A stretch of DNA of 64,000 nucleotides from Octopus vulgaris (Eukaryota), in the NCBI GenBank assembly GCA_951406725.2, contig OX597815.1:75640001-75704000 (forward strand), given 5' to 3'. Both the position numbers and the translations under genes were made by a program. Below the pieces are notes generated by a model that had not been told where the DNA came from, made no database searches, and saw only the letters and a program-made list of their open reading frames with translations. Positions within the stretch are counted from its first letter, which is position 1. Each line of letters opens with the position of its first letter. Of this stretch, positions 1 to 14,127 are shown piece after piece.

Positions 1-83
1 TTGATCAGATCTCGTGTGTGTGTGTTTATATATATATACATTACATAGATATGTACAACACATAAATATATATATATATTTAT

Positions 84-170
<87 letters not shown>

Positions 171-805
171 GAGAGAGGGAGAGAGGAGAGAAAGAGAGAG
201 AGTAAGTGAGAGAGAGAAGCAGAATTTATTAGTTACGCTGGACATCTCATAATTTATTAAGGACAATATAGCATTTGATTTATCTTCTGTTTCCACTTGA
301 AAAAAATTGAATTATTTTCATTATTTTATAACTATTTTTGTTTATTTCCTTGATCTTTCCAATTTATTTATAGTTTTATATTTTAAAAATCCTCCTTATT
401 TTTCTCAATGATTTTACACAGAATTCATTACAATTTATTATGGTTTTCAATCAGCCGTTATAAAAGTTCTCTCTATTTTGTAGTGAAACCAACCACAACT
501 CCCACCGTCTATTAAAAAAAGTAAACCAAAATAATTACAAAAGCATCGAAAATATCCCGCAATCATTTTATTTTGTTTCTTACGTAAAACAATAAATACA
601 CACACACACACACATATATATACATATTTATATTTATATATACATACATGTATGTATGTATGTATGTATGTATGTATGTATGTATCAAACTATACACTAG
701 AATAGCAAATACATTATTAAAAACCAATCAAAATTTTAACGTAAAAAGATATATATATTTGCATGTTAAATGGACCTCTCGATAACCGTTTGTATCTAGT
801 ACATA

Positions 806-963
806 CAAGGCCGGCTCCAGGTACCGGCAACTCGGGCAGTCGCCCGGGATGCTATGTACTACGGGGGCACCAAGGAGGGCGAGACAAAGACAAGAAATTT
901 TCCAGCTTGTACATGCCGAAGTTCAGCTTGCCCAGGGCGCCAGCAACCCTAGGGCCGGTCCTG
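806..963. mobile_element. hAT-like MITE, 158 bp
   Basis: Imperfect TIRs caaggccggc / gccggtcctg (CAGGGCCGG-type ends as in hAT-Tip100/MER45-like elements); 8-bp direct repeat agtacata at 798-805 and 964-971; GC-rich against AT-rich flanks. Confidence 0.7.
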
Positions 964-1274
964 AGTACATACAAGGTGATTGAGAATATACAGTAAATCC
1001 ACTGTAATGCTATCCATGTTTTCATAATAATATCAGTATTTTTAACTCACCTGATTTTTTAAATAAAATGTTCATAGTCTCATCTTCTGTTGATCTTATG
1101 CATGCATGTATGTATGTAGGTATGTATATTTGTATGAATGATAGTATACATGCATAAATATATAACCTGTTACAATGACTTCGAAGTTTCGCATCAGTTG
1201 TCTTCATCAGATCGTTGTGTGACTGTTTATTATGTGTCTGTGTGTCTCAAACATACTATATATGCCCGTAGAAA

Positions 1275-2011
1275 ATACAGTTCTATATTTAAGACTTGAG
1301 GAATTATATACATTATTTACATTTGACGGATATTTTTCCTCAACTTGTTTGTTGTTTGGTGTCTTGGGGATGTACCCTCCAGCCTTCATCAGGTGTGTTG
1401 GGGAAAGGTATTTTTCGATGTTATTATTACAGTTATTATTGAGGAATCGAACTCGGAATCTTGGGGTTAGTAGCCTACGCCAGATACTCGTGGGCAATTA
1501 TGGAGTGAATTTTAGGGCTTATAAATCTAATATTTTCCTATCCTTCCTTGATACCGGTTCTCATATGCTACTCATATCTGCATTTGGTCTGCTTAGGAGG
1601 TTGTTGTGTCTTAGCATATGTGCTGCTTCTTTTAGTTTTCGTATTTCCAGTGTCTATTATTTTAACTTCATCCCACAGGGGAAGGTGGTCTCCATTTATC
1701 CATAAATGATCAGCTACACCCGATTTATCAATATCTCCTCGTGTCACAGCTTTGCGATGTTCGTCTTCCGTTATTTTGAGGGGGCGGCATATTTTGCCTT
1801 TGTATAACCTACCACAGCTGCATGGGATGGAGTTCACGCTGTCTTTGATCATATTCTCTTCTATTGGTGGTTTTACTCGAAGGAGATATTTGCGAAGTGT
1901 TGTATTACTCTTGAATACCTGATGAAGGCTGGACGGTATATCAGCCGAAACGTTGTGTTAACAATAAACAAGATGAGGTAAAATATCCGTCAAATGTAAA
2001 TAATGAAAATA
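1275..2011 (-). mobile_element. Penelope/Poseidon-type PLE 3' remnant with inverted pseudo-LTR copy
   Basis: Minus ORF 1568-1852 is a degenerate GIY-YIG endonuclease (SIPCSCGRLYKG..EHRKAVTRGDIDKSGVADHLW..HLPLWDEVKII). 1311-1393 is an inverted copy of 1918-2005. 13-bp direct repeat atgcccgtagaaa at 1262-1274 and 2012-2024 is a candidate TSD. Confidence 0.8.
1915..1958 (+). ncRNA. Minimal type I hammerhead ribozyme motif (PLE-associated)
   Basis: CTGATGA 1919-1925, extra A, stem II GGCTG/CAGCC (1927-1931/1942-1946), GAAA 1947-1950, CGTT palindromic stem III, stem I atac/gtgt. Degenerate minus-strand copy near 1355-1400. Confidence 0.75.
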
Positions 2012-2207
2012 ATGCCCGTAGAAATTGTGGAATTTTGAGGAGAAAATATGATAGATGAAAATGAGAGTAAAACATTAATTTCCCTAAATATTTGAATTTT
2101 TATCATTTTGTAAATTCTCTTTAACTTTGTCATATCCCTAAACGCACGTAAACAAACATTTACAAACACACACACACACACACTTACATACATGCTATTT
2201 TATTGTA

Positions 2208-2286
<79 letters not shown>

Positions 2287-2757
2287 TACATTATATAACA
2301 TAATTTTTAGCATAAGGCTTTTATGCATTTCGTTACCTACGCAAGGCTATTAATATGTATAATTTAACTGCAAATAAAGTATACCAATAGATATGACTGG
2401 GTGCGAAGTAGCATGGTATCGTGGTCTGTGCATTGGGCTCACGATCATAAGGATGTGGCTTCGATTCGTGGACCGGGTGGCACGGTGTCTTCTTGAACAA
2501 GGCATTTTATTTCACGTGATTTCTGTCTTCTCAGCTGAAAATTACTACCAACCAGCCAAGTATTGATTTACTTCTCTCTCCCTCCGCCTTTTACATTCTC
2601 AATGTTCCGCTTGGTTAAATGTGGGGGGGGGCGATGATGTCTACATTTGCTCGTAACTACACAGATACTTAAAACAATTGACGAAAGCATGCCACATGTT
2701 GCCATGTCATACGCCCTTAGGAATGACGACTACGCTTTTTATGTACACTAAGAGATA

Positions 2758-2965
2758 ATCCTTTTTACCACGGCACAAGGTGTGAACTTTTCGGCGGATG
2801 GGCTAATCGATTACATTGACACCCCCACCCACTGGGCTAGTCGGCTACATTGACTCCAAAAAGATGAGAGGCAAAGTCGACCATGGCGAAATTTGAAATC
2901 AGAAGGTAAAGACGGACGAAAGGCGCCAAACATTGTATCTGGCATACTTGCCGGCTTGCCGCCAA
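2758..2965 (-). mobile_element. tRNA-type SINE, family A, degenerate
   Basis: Shares blocks ggcacaagg, gtcgattacat, ggcaaagtcgac, aatttgaa(c)tcagaa with the copies at 21511-21729 and 25419-25636. Confidence 0.6.
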
Positions 2966-3262
2966 GCATGCATTTAGAGATAATAAAAACTAAACTATTA
3001 GAAATATACTAGTTGAAGCGTAAAACATAAATAACTTCTCAGTACATGGTTATCTGTACTTTTCAGTTTACGTTCTGGTTCATATAATGTTCTTTTTTCA
3101 TCCTTTGGTGTTTTGGCTGACAACATCAAATAGTTAATGGGAAATAAAGGGAGAAATTCATAAATCTAAAATGACATCTGGGAGTTGGTTTCCTGATAGT
3201 TAACTTAATAAAACACATATACAGACAAACCATTTTTTTTTTAATTTCCATTTTTATTGTAG

Positions 3263-3684
3263 ATGTGAGCCGTATTTCTATCGACCAGCACCCCAGTAAA
3301 AGACTGGATGTTCCCTCAACCGTCCTGTGTGAATTACTCTCTACTGTTCCAGGTATCCGCGATCCGGGTCATGAACTCCTTGGTGGTGCCCCGCTCAAAG
3401 AGAAAGAAGAAAACCAGCTGAAGTCTTCAGTCATCAATAATGGACGAACCAGTTCAGAACAGCATCAGTCTTCACTTAATGGCGGTACCGGTAATGGTAA
3501 CGGAGGAGGCGGAAACAACGGCCAAGATCTGGACAAAACTGTCAAACAAAAACGACACAGAACACGTTTCACGCCTGCCCAGTTGAACGAACTTGAGCGC
3601 AGTTTCGCTAAAACTCACTACCCAGACATTTTTATGCGAGAAGAATTGGCTCTCAGAATTGGTTTAACTGAGTCACGCGTACAG
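3263..3684 (+). CDS. Otp: Orthopedia homeobox protein, internal coding exon (linker plus homeodomain up to ..ESRVQ)
   Basis: Encodes [47 protein letters not shown], the Otp homeodomain. Acceptor tttttattgtag ends at 3262 (phase 1); donor cag|gtaagt at 3684/3685 (phase 0). Confidence 0.95.
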
Positions 3685-3774
3685 GTAAGTAGAAACACTT
3701 TTTCTTATATTATTAATACATAATACATACAGGTACATATGAGCGGGTATGTAAGTGTGTGTTTGTATAGCTAG

Positions 3775-3813
<39 letters not shown>

Positions 3814-3845
3814 CCCCCATATATATGTATATATACATATTATTC

Positions 3846-3929
3846 GTGAGATAACCAGACTACCATTGGTTTCATATTGAGAGAGATATCTCTTTCAACG
3901 TGACGCCAGTATTTGTCTGGTTACCCCAC
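3846..3929. repeat. 84-bp imperfect palindrome/hairpin
   Basis: gtgagataaccagac pairs with gtctggttaccccac and ttgagagaga with tctctttcaa, symmetric about gatatc (3885-3890). Confidence 0.8.
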
Positions 3930-6689
3930 AAACAAAGACTGTTTTATCCACCAATGCGGTGTTGAGCACTCATTCTCACTGGTCGATTGTAAGGTGTGTG
4001 TGCGTGTATGCGTGTGTCAGTTTTGGTTTTAAACTTTGGTACAATGCCAGCAAGTTTGGGGATAGGATAAGTCGATTACATCCACCCCAGTACTCAACTG
4101 GTACTTATTTTATCGAAAGGATGAAATATATCTATATATAATATATTAATAGAAGCTTAACTCATCTCCACATCACTCTGTTCCTAGCATCTGATATGAA
4201 AGCATCCTGCTCGCGCACAAAACTTTAAGTCAAACGGTTATTAAAAATAATTGTAAATCCTACCAAATGTATTGAGTGCATGGTTTCTAGACTTCTCTTA
4301 GCTCGCTAATACCCCATTTTTACTGACGATCCTCTTTGTGAAATTGCTATTTTTTTCCACTTATTTATGGCTTCGAAACTTTGGCAAGTGAGCTTCTAGT
4401 TAAACAAATCTTTAGTTCACAACGCCAATGTATCCCTCAGCATGCTGGCAAGAAGGGTGGCGATGAAATTAGATCAATACTTACAGACGACAAATATGAA
4501 AAGTGCACTGGAAATATATATCAATGAATGAATGTTCATATCAGTTCAGAAAAATTAGCACGATTATTAATCACAAGCGTGTAATTATTAAATTTTGTAA
4601 ATTATTGTTTGTGATATATATGATGCAGCAACATGTAAAGTGAATGCAGTAAAACATTAAAGTAATTAATACTCGTTAGCATTCACATATCTAATTATGT
4701 AAAGTATTTTCTCTCATAGTGAGATTCTGAATGTGTCGTATCCTATATAGCAGCTGGCAATGGGTACATGCTACTGACAAAGCCCAACCCAGCAGGAATG
4801 TATATGTAGCAGTCTCCCAGCCATTGCTGTATTACTTTCGTCTGTTATTGATATAGTTTTGCTTTTTAAAACACTATCTGTACATAATGCGTATCTCCGA
4901 ACGAATACCGCAGTTAAATTGCCTTTCACGATGTTTCTGTGTTAAGAATGAAACACAGATGAATATTTTAATCTAATATTGCTTCTGTTGCATATAAGGA
5001 ATTTTTATTCAGCAGGGCGGTTAATTGCATCATCAGTGATTTTTCAATCCCTATTTTCCTATATCAGTAGCAACGAATTTTACCTTACCATGCAGTTGCC
5101 TGTGGGCACTTGCTACTGGCAAAACCCAACAAGGCAGAAATGTATTTAAATGCGGGTTTCCCAGTATGGCCATAGCCTTTGAGCTGGAATACATAACGGA
5201 GAAAAATACAGGAAAAAGCGCACCACAGAAATCTGGTCAGGGTATGCCCCCAGTTAAAACTGTAAGACATTATTCCAAATACTACCTTCTAATCGTAAAT
5301 AACATAAAATGATTAGAATATATATAGTGCATGACGGCAACCAAGAGGCAGAATTGGTAGAGCGGTGAATAAAAAGTCTAGCTTTAAGCCTTTTTCTCAC
5401 TGTATTTATTACTGAATTTCTCACTGAATTTTTCTCACCGGGTTCGAATTTGAATTTTTATCTTTCTGTGTTCAGTAAAGTAAATACTCCTTAAATTATT
5501 GGTATCAATTTCATTGTCTGCGCACCCATCCCATGACCCAATGTACAATCATTATCTAGTACAGCTAAAATGATGTTTAAATATAGTTTGTTTGCTTTCA
5601 AATATCATAATTTTGAGAACGACTCAAAAAACCGTTATAAGTCCCAATTGTTTAGGTATATGGATTTATTAATTATACTAATGAGGCTGGAGATATTGCC
5701 TTCTACAAGTATGTCATCTGAAAAGAAGGCTCGGACCGGACATGGAGGTACGTAATAAACAAATCTTCAATACTGAATTAGTTTAACGTCATGGGTCACT
5801 TTTCATGTGACATTAATGATGCAGAAATTTTTTTATTGAAGACGATGCCTTTACCAAATCAAGACAAGTACTATTAAATGCCTTGACTTAATAACACTCC
5901 AATTCTTATGAAGATATGACTAATTACTTATCAAAAGTCCTTTCGCTTCTGTGACTGATACAGAACCCATTTACACTTTGTAACTTCAATTCATTATCCC
6001 GTTGGGATCAACTTCGCTTTTCATCCTTTCGGGATATTAAGCGAGAACTGTGGCCGATAATATCGACAGACCTCTCCCTTCAAAACTGCTGGCTCTGTGC
6101 CTAAATTAAAAACTAAATCAAGTTTTTTTATAGAACATAATTTATTGCCTATGTCCGTATATGTCTGTATTTGTTTAAACACATTTGAATATGTCTGCAG
6201 TAAATATATATATCTTAAAATACAGAGAGAGAAAAAATGTTGCCATTTAACTTACTCTTCACAAATCAAAGTCTAGGGTAAAATAATAGTTGTATCAACA
6301 TTTTTTGTTTCCATTAACACATTTGTGTAAAAGATCGGATACAGTCTTAAATAGATTTCGTGTGTGAAGTGATTATGGTGTTTGACTCAGGATCATAATG
6401 AATGTGGGGTCAATTCCCGGAATGTTATTGTTATTCTAGATGTTGTTCTTGCAGTTGTTGTTGCACACCAATATACCATCTGTTAAAATAGAGAATAGTT
6501 TGAAGAATATATTTTACTTCAAAAGTGCTTCTTTTTTAAAAAAATCTTTTATTATATTGAAATAGTTTTTACACAATAATTTCTTATCAAAATATTGTTA
6601 TCATGATTAATACAAAATCTCGAAGCAGTATTTCAACAAATATACAGTTTTATCCCTAAATATATTGAATACCAACACTATGTTCAGCC

Positions 6690-7145
6690 TGCACAATACC
6701 ATTGTACTATCAATGGTGCCGCATGAAGATAAAATATGGAGAAAAAACTGCGTAAAATCAACTAAAACTTTGATGTCTTTCACCAAAGATGCTTGAGAAA
6801 AATCCTGGGAATTTCGTGTCATCATCATATCAGAAACAAAGATGCCTCAAGGAGGGTGTCTTCGCGAAGAGCCTGATATACATCATCGAAACGAAGAGTC
6901 AATTGACAAGTCATGTCCTACTGCTGTCAGGTCATAGGTGTGCAAAAAAAAAACAGCATTTATATGGGCACCAACATGATGAAGGGGAAGATAGGGAAGA
7001 CCGTGAGCTGTATGGTATCACACCTTTTAGGAAGACCTGAAGGCTGTCAATAAACACTTTAAAATTACGGATGAGCACGCAACTAATCGAGAGCAATGGA
7101 GGGAAGATGCTGAACGGTGTTTAAAAATGAGTAGGAAGGACTAAC
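6690..7145 (+). mobile_element. RTE-clade LINE 3' remnant (pseudogenised)
   Basis: Near 6770 reads FDVFHQRCLRKILGISCHHHIRNKD, later AFIWAP..GR.GRP..W..TF.EDLK with stops; this resembles the C-terminal region of RTE ORFs. Confidence 0.7.
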
Positions 7146-8229
7146 TAAACCATCATTAATCCGTGTACTGCATCAACAACAGCAAAATAAACAACAATAT
7201 AGACTACAACAAAAAAGTGGCACCAGCAGCAACAATAACAATGATCCTCTGGGGAAATTGGTTCAACTTTTCTCCTGGACACTGATAACAACTATGAAAG
7301 ATAGACGCAAGTTCTTCAAAAAATGCTAAATAATTCACTGGAAACAATAGCGTTCCGTTTGGTGTTGACGTCTTCTCTTGTAATTCTTAACGTCCATGTC
7401 TCAAAGGACACACCTGTTTTATATTCTCAAATAGTGTGAGGTCACGTATACACTGGAAGTTGCTATTTCAGAAGAGATTTCCAACCGACCAACACTTTTC
7501 TCCAAAGCCACATAAGCTATAAGTCGCTCTGTTGGTTTTGTTTAAACTTCAGCCACAAACAAGACAAATAATACATGTACGGTGTGTGTAAGTGTATGTG
7601 ATTTTAATGTAGCAAATTTATCCAGTATTTATTTGTTTACGTTTATTTACACCTTGTATATTCCTAAACTTAGGTTTCTTTTGGGGTTTCTTTTGGCAGG
7701 GAACAATGCCTTACTAATTCAGTTAAAGAAGTGACGTACTGGATGCCTATGCAGCAAAAAGAAAATTTTTGTTTTGTTTCTTTAATTAATTTATATGTTC
7801 CTCTTTATTGGAGAAAGTTATAGTTGTTTGTAATTTAGGTACAAGGCCTGAAATGTGGGGGCTAGTCGATTACATCGCCCCCCACCCAGTGCTTCGACGT
7901 ACTAACGATTCTCGCCACCTTAGAGACAGTAATAATGATATCTATTGGCATTGTTAGAACAAATACCTCAAGGAATTTTTTCCGAAGCTCTCACAACTCT
8001 GCCAGCTCGCCTGCCATAATAACATTGACGATAATGGTTGTGATAATGTGGCAGTAATAGCGAAAGCATAAATTAAAATTAGTTTTAGTCACAATAAGTC
8101 TGCAATCGGTTTTGATCTTCGGTTGTGATATTATTTTCTGTCTAATACTCCTCGAAACGACATGAAAGTCACTGGCTCTCCTGATTCTCCTATGGGTTGG
8201 TATCTTAGCCCTAAATCATTGACCTTATG

Positions 8230-8835
8230 TGAGGTTTGACGAGCTGGCAGAACCGTTTAGAACGCCGGACATGTCTTACCGTTTTTCATCTGACTCTATA
8301 CATTCAGAGAAGATTAATTTTGTTTTTCATTCTTCCGGGATAGATAAAATAAAGTACAAGCCAAGTACTGAAGTCCGGTATAGATAAAATAAAGTACAAA
8401 TGAAGTACTCCCCTCAAAATTGCTGGTCTTGTACACAGATTAGAAACCATTACTGACCTTATGCAAGGCGGCAATCAGGCAGGATCGTTAGCACATCGGA
8501 CAAAATACCTTGCACTATTGCTTCCTACACTTTACGTTCAGAGTTCAAATTCCGCCGCAGTCAACTTTGCCTTCTATTCTTCCGGGGTCGATAAAATATA
8601 GTACAAGAGTCGATGAGATCTACTAACCCTTACTCTTTAAAATTGCACCTAAATCAGAAATAACTATTAACCTTAAGTAGTATTTTATCTGTCTTTACGT
8701 TCTGAGTTGAAATTCCTTTACCTTTTATCTTTTGAGGTCGATAAAATAAGAACCAGTCGAGTACTGGGATCGATGTAACTGACAAGCTTCCTCCCATAAA
8801 ATGTCAAGCGTTGTGCCTGTAGGAGAAAGGATTAT
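8230..8835 (+). mobile_element. Cluster of degenerate family A SINEs
   Basis: Repeated (ga)gctggcagaa..cgttag, gagttcaaattcc (B-box-like) and ggggtcgataaaat blocks in tandem. Confidence 0.6.
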
Positions 8836-9501
8836 TAATTTCGTTAAAAATAAACAATAATACTAGCTAAAGAGTAATACATTTACTTAGTAAATGTATT
8901 ACTATATTTCTTCTTAACATTTTCGCTTCCATGATCAAATACCATGAAATCAACTTTGCCTTTAAACCTTTGCCTTTAAGTCATTAGAATCAGTCAAAAA
9001 ATATACTGGAATCAGTTTAGTCAGCTGTGTCTCCTGCTCTGGTAAAATTAGCGTTATTTCTAATTCCAAGGATTTAATTGACTGAAATTTGGACAATGCA
9101 TACCTATAATAAACAGGATTAAATTCAGTTACCTGTAGTTCCTCTCCAATCCAAACACTCTTTTTTATCCTGAATTAAAAGGAAATCGTTATACATGCAT
9201 TCTTTGCTACCTGTTATCTCAAAGATTTCTATATTGAAGCGGCCACATTCAACAGTCGCCGAATACCTAACATCTTCACTCCACAATCTATATCTATCAC
9301 TCCAGTGCACACACACACTCACAGACACACACATACCGGCATGCCGTATCCTTTTCGTATACTCCATAAACACCCAAACCTTCGAGAGTTTTTACATCTT
9401 CCGCTGTATTATTCCTGATGACAAGCTCTCTTCATTTGCACTGCTGGCGTTTCAAATGCCTTGACGTGATAAATCGCATTACTGATCTTTGACAGCTTGT
9501 G

Positions 9502-9544
<43 letters not shown>

Positions 9545-9885
9545 CAGTAGCAGCAATAGCAGCAGTCAATTTTGCAAGTTGGCAATTTTGTCAAAAACAA
9601 AAATTAATATGAATATAACGAATATAACATTAGCAACTCTGAGGGCAACCTTATTTACTACCTTCAAGCACTCTATCTATCTATCTATCTTTCTAGCTAG
9701 CTAGCTAACTACCTACCTACCTATATGTGTATGTGCATCACTGTAAGCATGCATGTGACTCTCTTTTACTTATGTTATGCTTCTCTACCTTTTTCTCTCC
9801 ATCTCTTTCGTTAGAATTTTCTCACTTTTCTCTCTGTTACTCAGTCTCTCACTCTGTGTATCTCTATCCCTCTATCTATCTGTTG

Positions 9886-9938
<53 letters not shown>

Positions 9939-10208
9939 ACTCTCTTTCCCGTTTTCATTCTAGCACTTTCCTTTTCCCTTTATCACACCGACCTATCCTT
10001 TCAGTTAGTTCCTCGATTCTTTGTTCATAATGTTGAACCTCTCAGTCATCATATCACTACCTCTCTCTCTATCTCTCTTTCTCTCTTCCCTCATTTTTTG
10101 TTTATCACTCTATCTGCCTGCCTGTCTGTTTAGCTAACCCTCTCCACAATAATAATCACGCTATTACCGACATTTTCCCATTTCTGTATTTTCCTATTAT
10201 TTCCCACT

Positions 10209-10243
<35 letters not shown>

Positions 10244-10591
10244 CATCTATCTATCTATCTATCTGGTTATCTATCTGTCTCTCTTTCTCCCTCTCTCTTT
10301 ATGCCTCATCATTCCTCCTCTAATGTCCATCTCCTAGATATAGAAGCAGTCCTTGTCTCTCCGTTTATTGTCCTATCCACTCTGCGTATAATTCTCGTTA
10401 ACTCAACATTAAACCATCACCTTTGTCTCAACCTAAAACACATCTTCCTACAAAACACAACATTTTCAATTTATGTTCAACCCTCTCCAATTCTTCCATT
10501 TCCTTACCAGCAGTTTATTTTTTTCCTTTTTTCTTTCTCTTTTCCTCCTTACTTTTTTTCTTCTTCTTTGACCATCTTTCAAAGTTTTCGC

Positions 10592-10625
<34 letters not shown>

Positions 10626-10699
10626 GCAGCCGTCGTTATAGTCGTAGTCTTCATCATCATCGTCATCGTCATCATCACTACCCTCTCCGTCCCTCCTTT

Positions 10700-10734
<35 letters not shown>

Positions 10735-10797
10735 CTGATGTTTTTGATTCTGATTATCACTTACACCGACTGGCTAGCTAAATTAACTAACCATCTA

Positions 10798-10832
<35 letters not shown>

Positions 10833-11210
10833 ATCTATTGATCTATCTATCTATCTACCTATCTCTCTATTTATCTATCTATCTATCTATCGATCGATCG
10901 ATCAATTGATCTATCTATATACATTCCTACATAAATATACATACATATAATATCTATATACATATACGTAATATACATACGTATAATATATAACATAACA
11001 TACATACATACATGCATCATACATGCATCATACATACATACATACATGCATCATACATTCATACATACATGCATACATATATGTATGCATCATACATACA
11101 TACATGCATGCATCATACATACAAACATACATACATGCATCATACATACATACATACACACATACATACATACATACATACATACATACATACATACATA
11201 CATACATACA

Positions 11211-11244
<34 letters not shown>

Positions 11245-11824
11245 CATACATACATAAAAGCATTTCCTATATATATATATATATAAACGCATTTTTATGC
11301 ACATCCGTAAATGAGTCTGTAGAAAATCTTTTTAAATACATTTGCATAAAAAAATATGTGTGCGTGTGTATATGCATGTATGTGTACACACACTCACGCA
11401 GAAATTGCAAATTGCGTGCATATCAAATACATACATAAGAACGTGTATATCTAATAGTCTTAATGCGGGTATGCATGTTTGTGTGTGCGTGTGTATGTAT
11501 GTGTACAAGACGGTGCGTGTGTGTGCATGAGCGTACATGGGTGTGGCTTCATACGCATGCACACGTGTGAGCGAGTGCTGCTTTCTTTTACGTGTGGTCA
11601 CGTCAATACGGTTTGTAAACAACGATGAAAGCTTTACATGTTAATCACTTTTTCATCTTAGTGTTAGATATGGAACCTTAATTAACCTCCCAATGATGAT
11701 ATGTTGACACTGTACTTAGTAAAGATGAATAATGGCTTTGCCTGCCCGCGTTGATGCCTCGAACTCCTGGGAATAGCAAGTACCATTCCGAAAACAGATG
11801 AAGATAGATAAGATAGATGGACAA

Positions 11825-11869
<45 letters not shown>

Positions 11870-12142
11870 GAGGGAGAGAGAGATAACGAGAAAGAGAAGG
11901 GGGAGTAAGAGTTGATAATGTGGTGAGGTTAAACATTAAATAAAGGGAGCTAAAGACGCGCGCATGCGCATGAAATACTGGGAAATAGGGAGCAATAGGG
12001 AAGGGAATTGGAAATATAGAAGCGGGCGTGTAGAACAGAGAACTATGGGTAGAAATCCATTCCTGTGCCAGATCATTATACACACTCATACATACGTGTG
12101 TGTGAGTGTGTGTGTGCACGCGCGTTCGTATATATTCGTTAA

Positions 12143-12179
<37 letters not shown>

Positions 12180-12216
12180 TAGAAACATACATACGTACAT
12201 ACATTTATGCATAAAC

Positions 12217-12287
<71 letters not shown>

Positions 12288-12548
12288 TGTGGAAAAGTAT
12301 ACTCTCGTATATATATATACATACACACACACATGTATACAGTATACATATATATATATACACTTTTGTGGGTGTTTGTGTGTGTGTGTGTGTGTGTAAA
12401 AGTTGCACAGACGGTAGAAAGCTATACATACACGCACACAAATTCACAAATTCACACTCCACACGAAAAACACGGAAAGAAACAATAACTGATGTAATTA
12501 AACGTGAATGAAAATGATTAAAAATGATAGATAGATAGATAGATAGAC

Positions 12549-12623
<75 letters not shown>

Positions 12624-12628
12624 TAGAT

Positions 12629-12743
<115 letters not shown>

Positions 12744-12818
12744 CAGATGGATAGATAGATAGAGTCCTTCAGACAGATACAGGAATATTTAGAGAGACTT
12801 CAACTGGATACATACGCA

Positions 12819-12876
<58 letters not shown>

Positions 12877-13725
12877 AACAGAAATACACAGGCGCGCATA
12901 TTCCTATGCACGCACTCTCGCATGTACGAACACTCCCATGCGTGCACACTCCCATACACGTACGCGTTAGCGCACGCTCACACAAAGTAGCATAAACAGA
13001 AGGGACGGTCCACGTACAGAGTGACGGAGAGAGTAAGATAGACAAGTTGCAGCAGCACACACACACACATACACACACAAACCTGTCACAAGAGAACGGA
13101 ATAGTCCCCTGTGATAGTTAGTGGTGAGGGATAAACAGTGACAAAGGAAACACTTGCTGTCACATTCTAATCAGCAAATTGTAACATTATCTGCCTCTGT
13201 GATTTTTTACAGATGCGTATATGTATGTTTTGGTACATGTGTATATAATATGCTCATTGGAGAGTGTGTGCTTGTGTGCATGATGGCGTATTTTTTTTTG
13301 TTTGTTTCTTGTTTTTTACCATTCGTTTCTTAGGATCGTTTGCATTATTTTCTTTGTCTTTCATTGTATATTTTTCTTGAATTAAATATGTATATACGCC
13401 ATGTTTCATTTTAAAGTTTGTAATTATTTCAACACACATAAGCGCGTATATATTCATATAGCTTGCTCGCACACACACACACATACACACACAAACGCAC
13501 GCACGCACACATATGCGCGCATACACATACTATATTCAGATACATATATGCACACGCAATTATATACAAACACACAGACATATGTGTATGTGTGTATGTG
13601 CGTACATACATGCGCACAAAAATGTAATGAGTGCTCCTTCACTTTAATTGTACATTGTTTTCATTATAACTCCACACACACGCTCACATACATACATACA
13701 CACACACACGCACACATACATACGT

Positions 13726-13796
<71 letters not shown>

Positions 13797-13894
13797 ATAA
13801 TTTAACAGATAAAACATATGCATACATACATATATGTACATACCTACAGCTATATGTATATATACATGCATATATATATACCCAATATATATAT

Positions 13895-13961
<67 letters not shown>

Positions 13962-14127
13962 TACAGGACACCACAAATAAACGTAGAACACAGCTAGAAA
14001 CGAAAACATAAAAACAAACAAGGAAGCGGACTTTTTTTAACAACGAAAAAACAGAGTACAAGCCAAACAATACAAGGAATATTCCCCTTCATCAGCTGCC
14101 CCTGGTTCGACTCAATGCGTGTTTCAA

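Noticed and set aside
3265-3723. Track ORF as a complete 152-aa protein
   Set aside because: It starts at GTG just after an acceptor and runs past the donor at 3684; the ATG at 3263 is followed at once by TGA.
11693-11800. C/D snoRNA from an atgatga box
   Set aside because: No suitably placed CTGA D box or terminal stem found.
14060-14127. Permuted hammerhead on minus strand (GAAA before CTGATGA), also CTGAGGA at 18585
   Set aside because: Could not build stems I and III.
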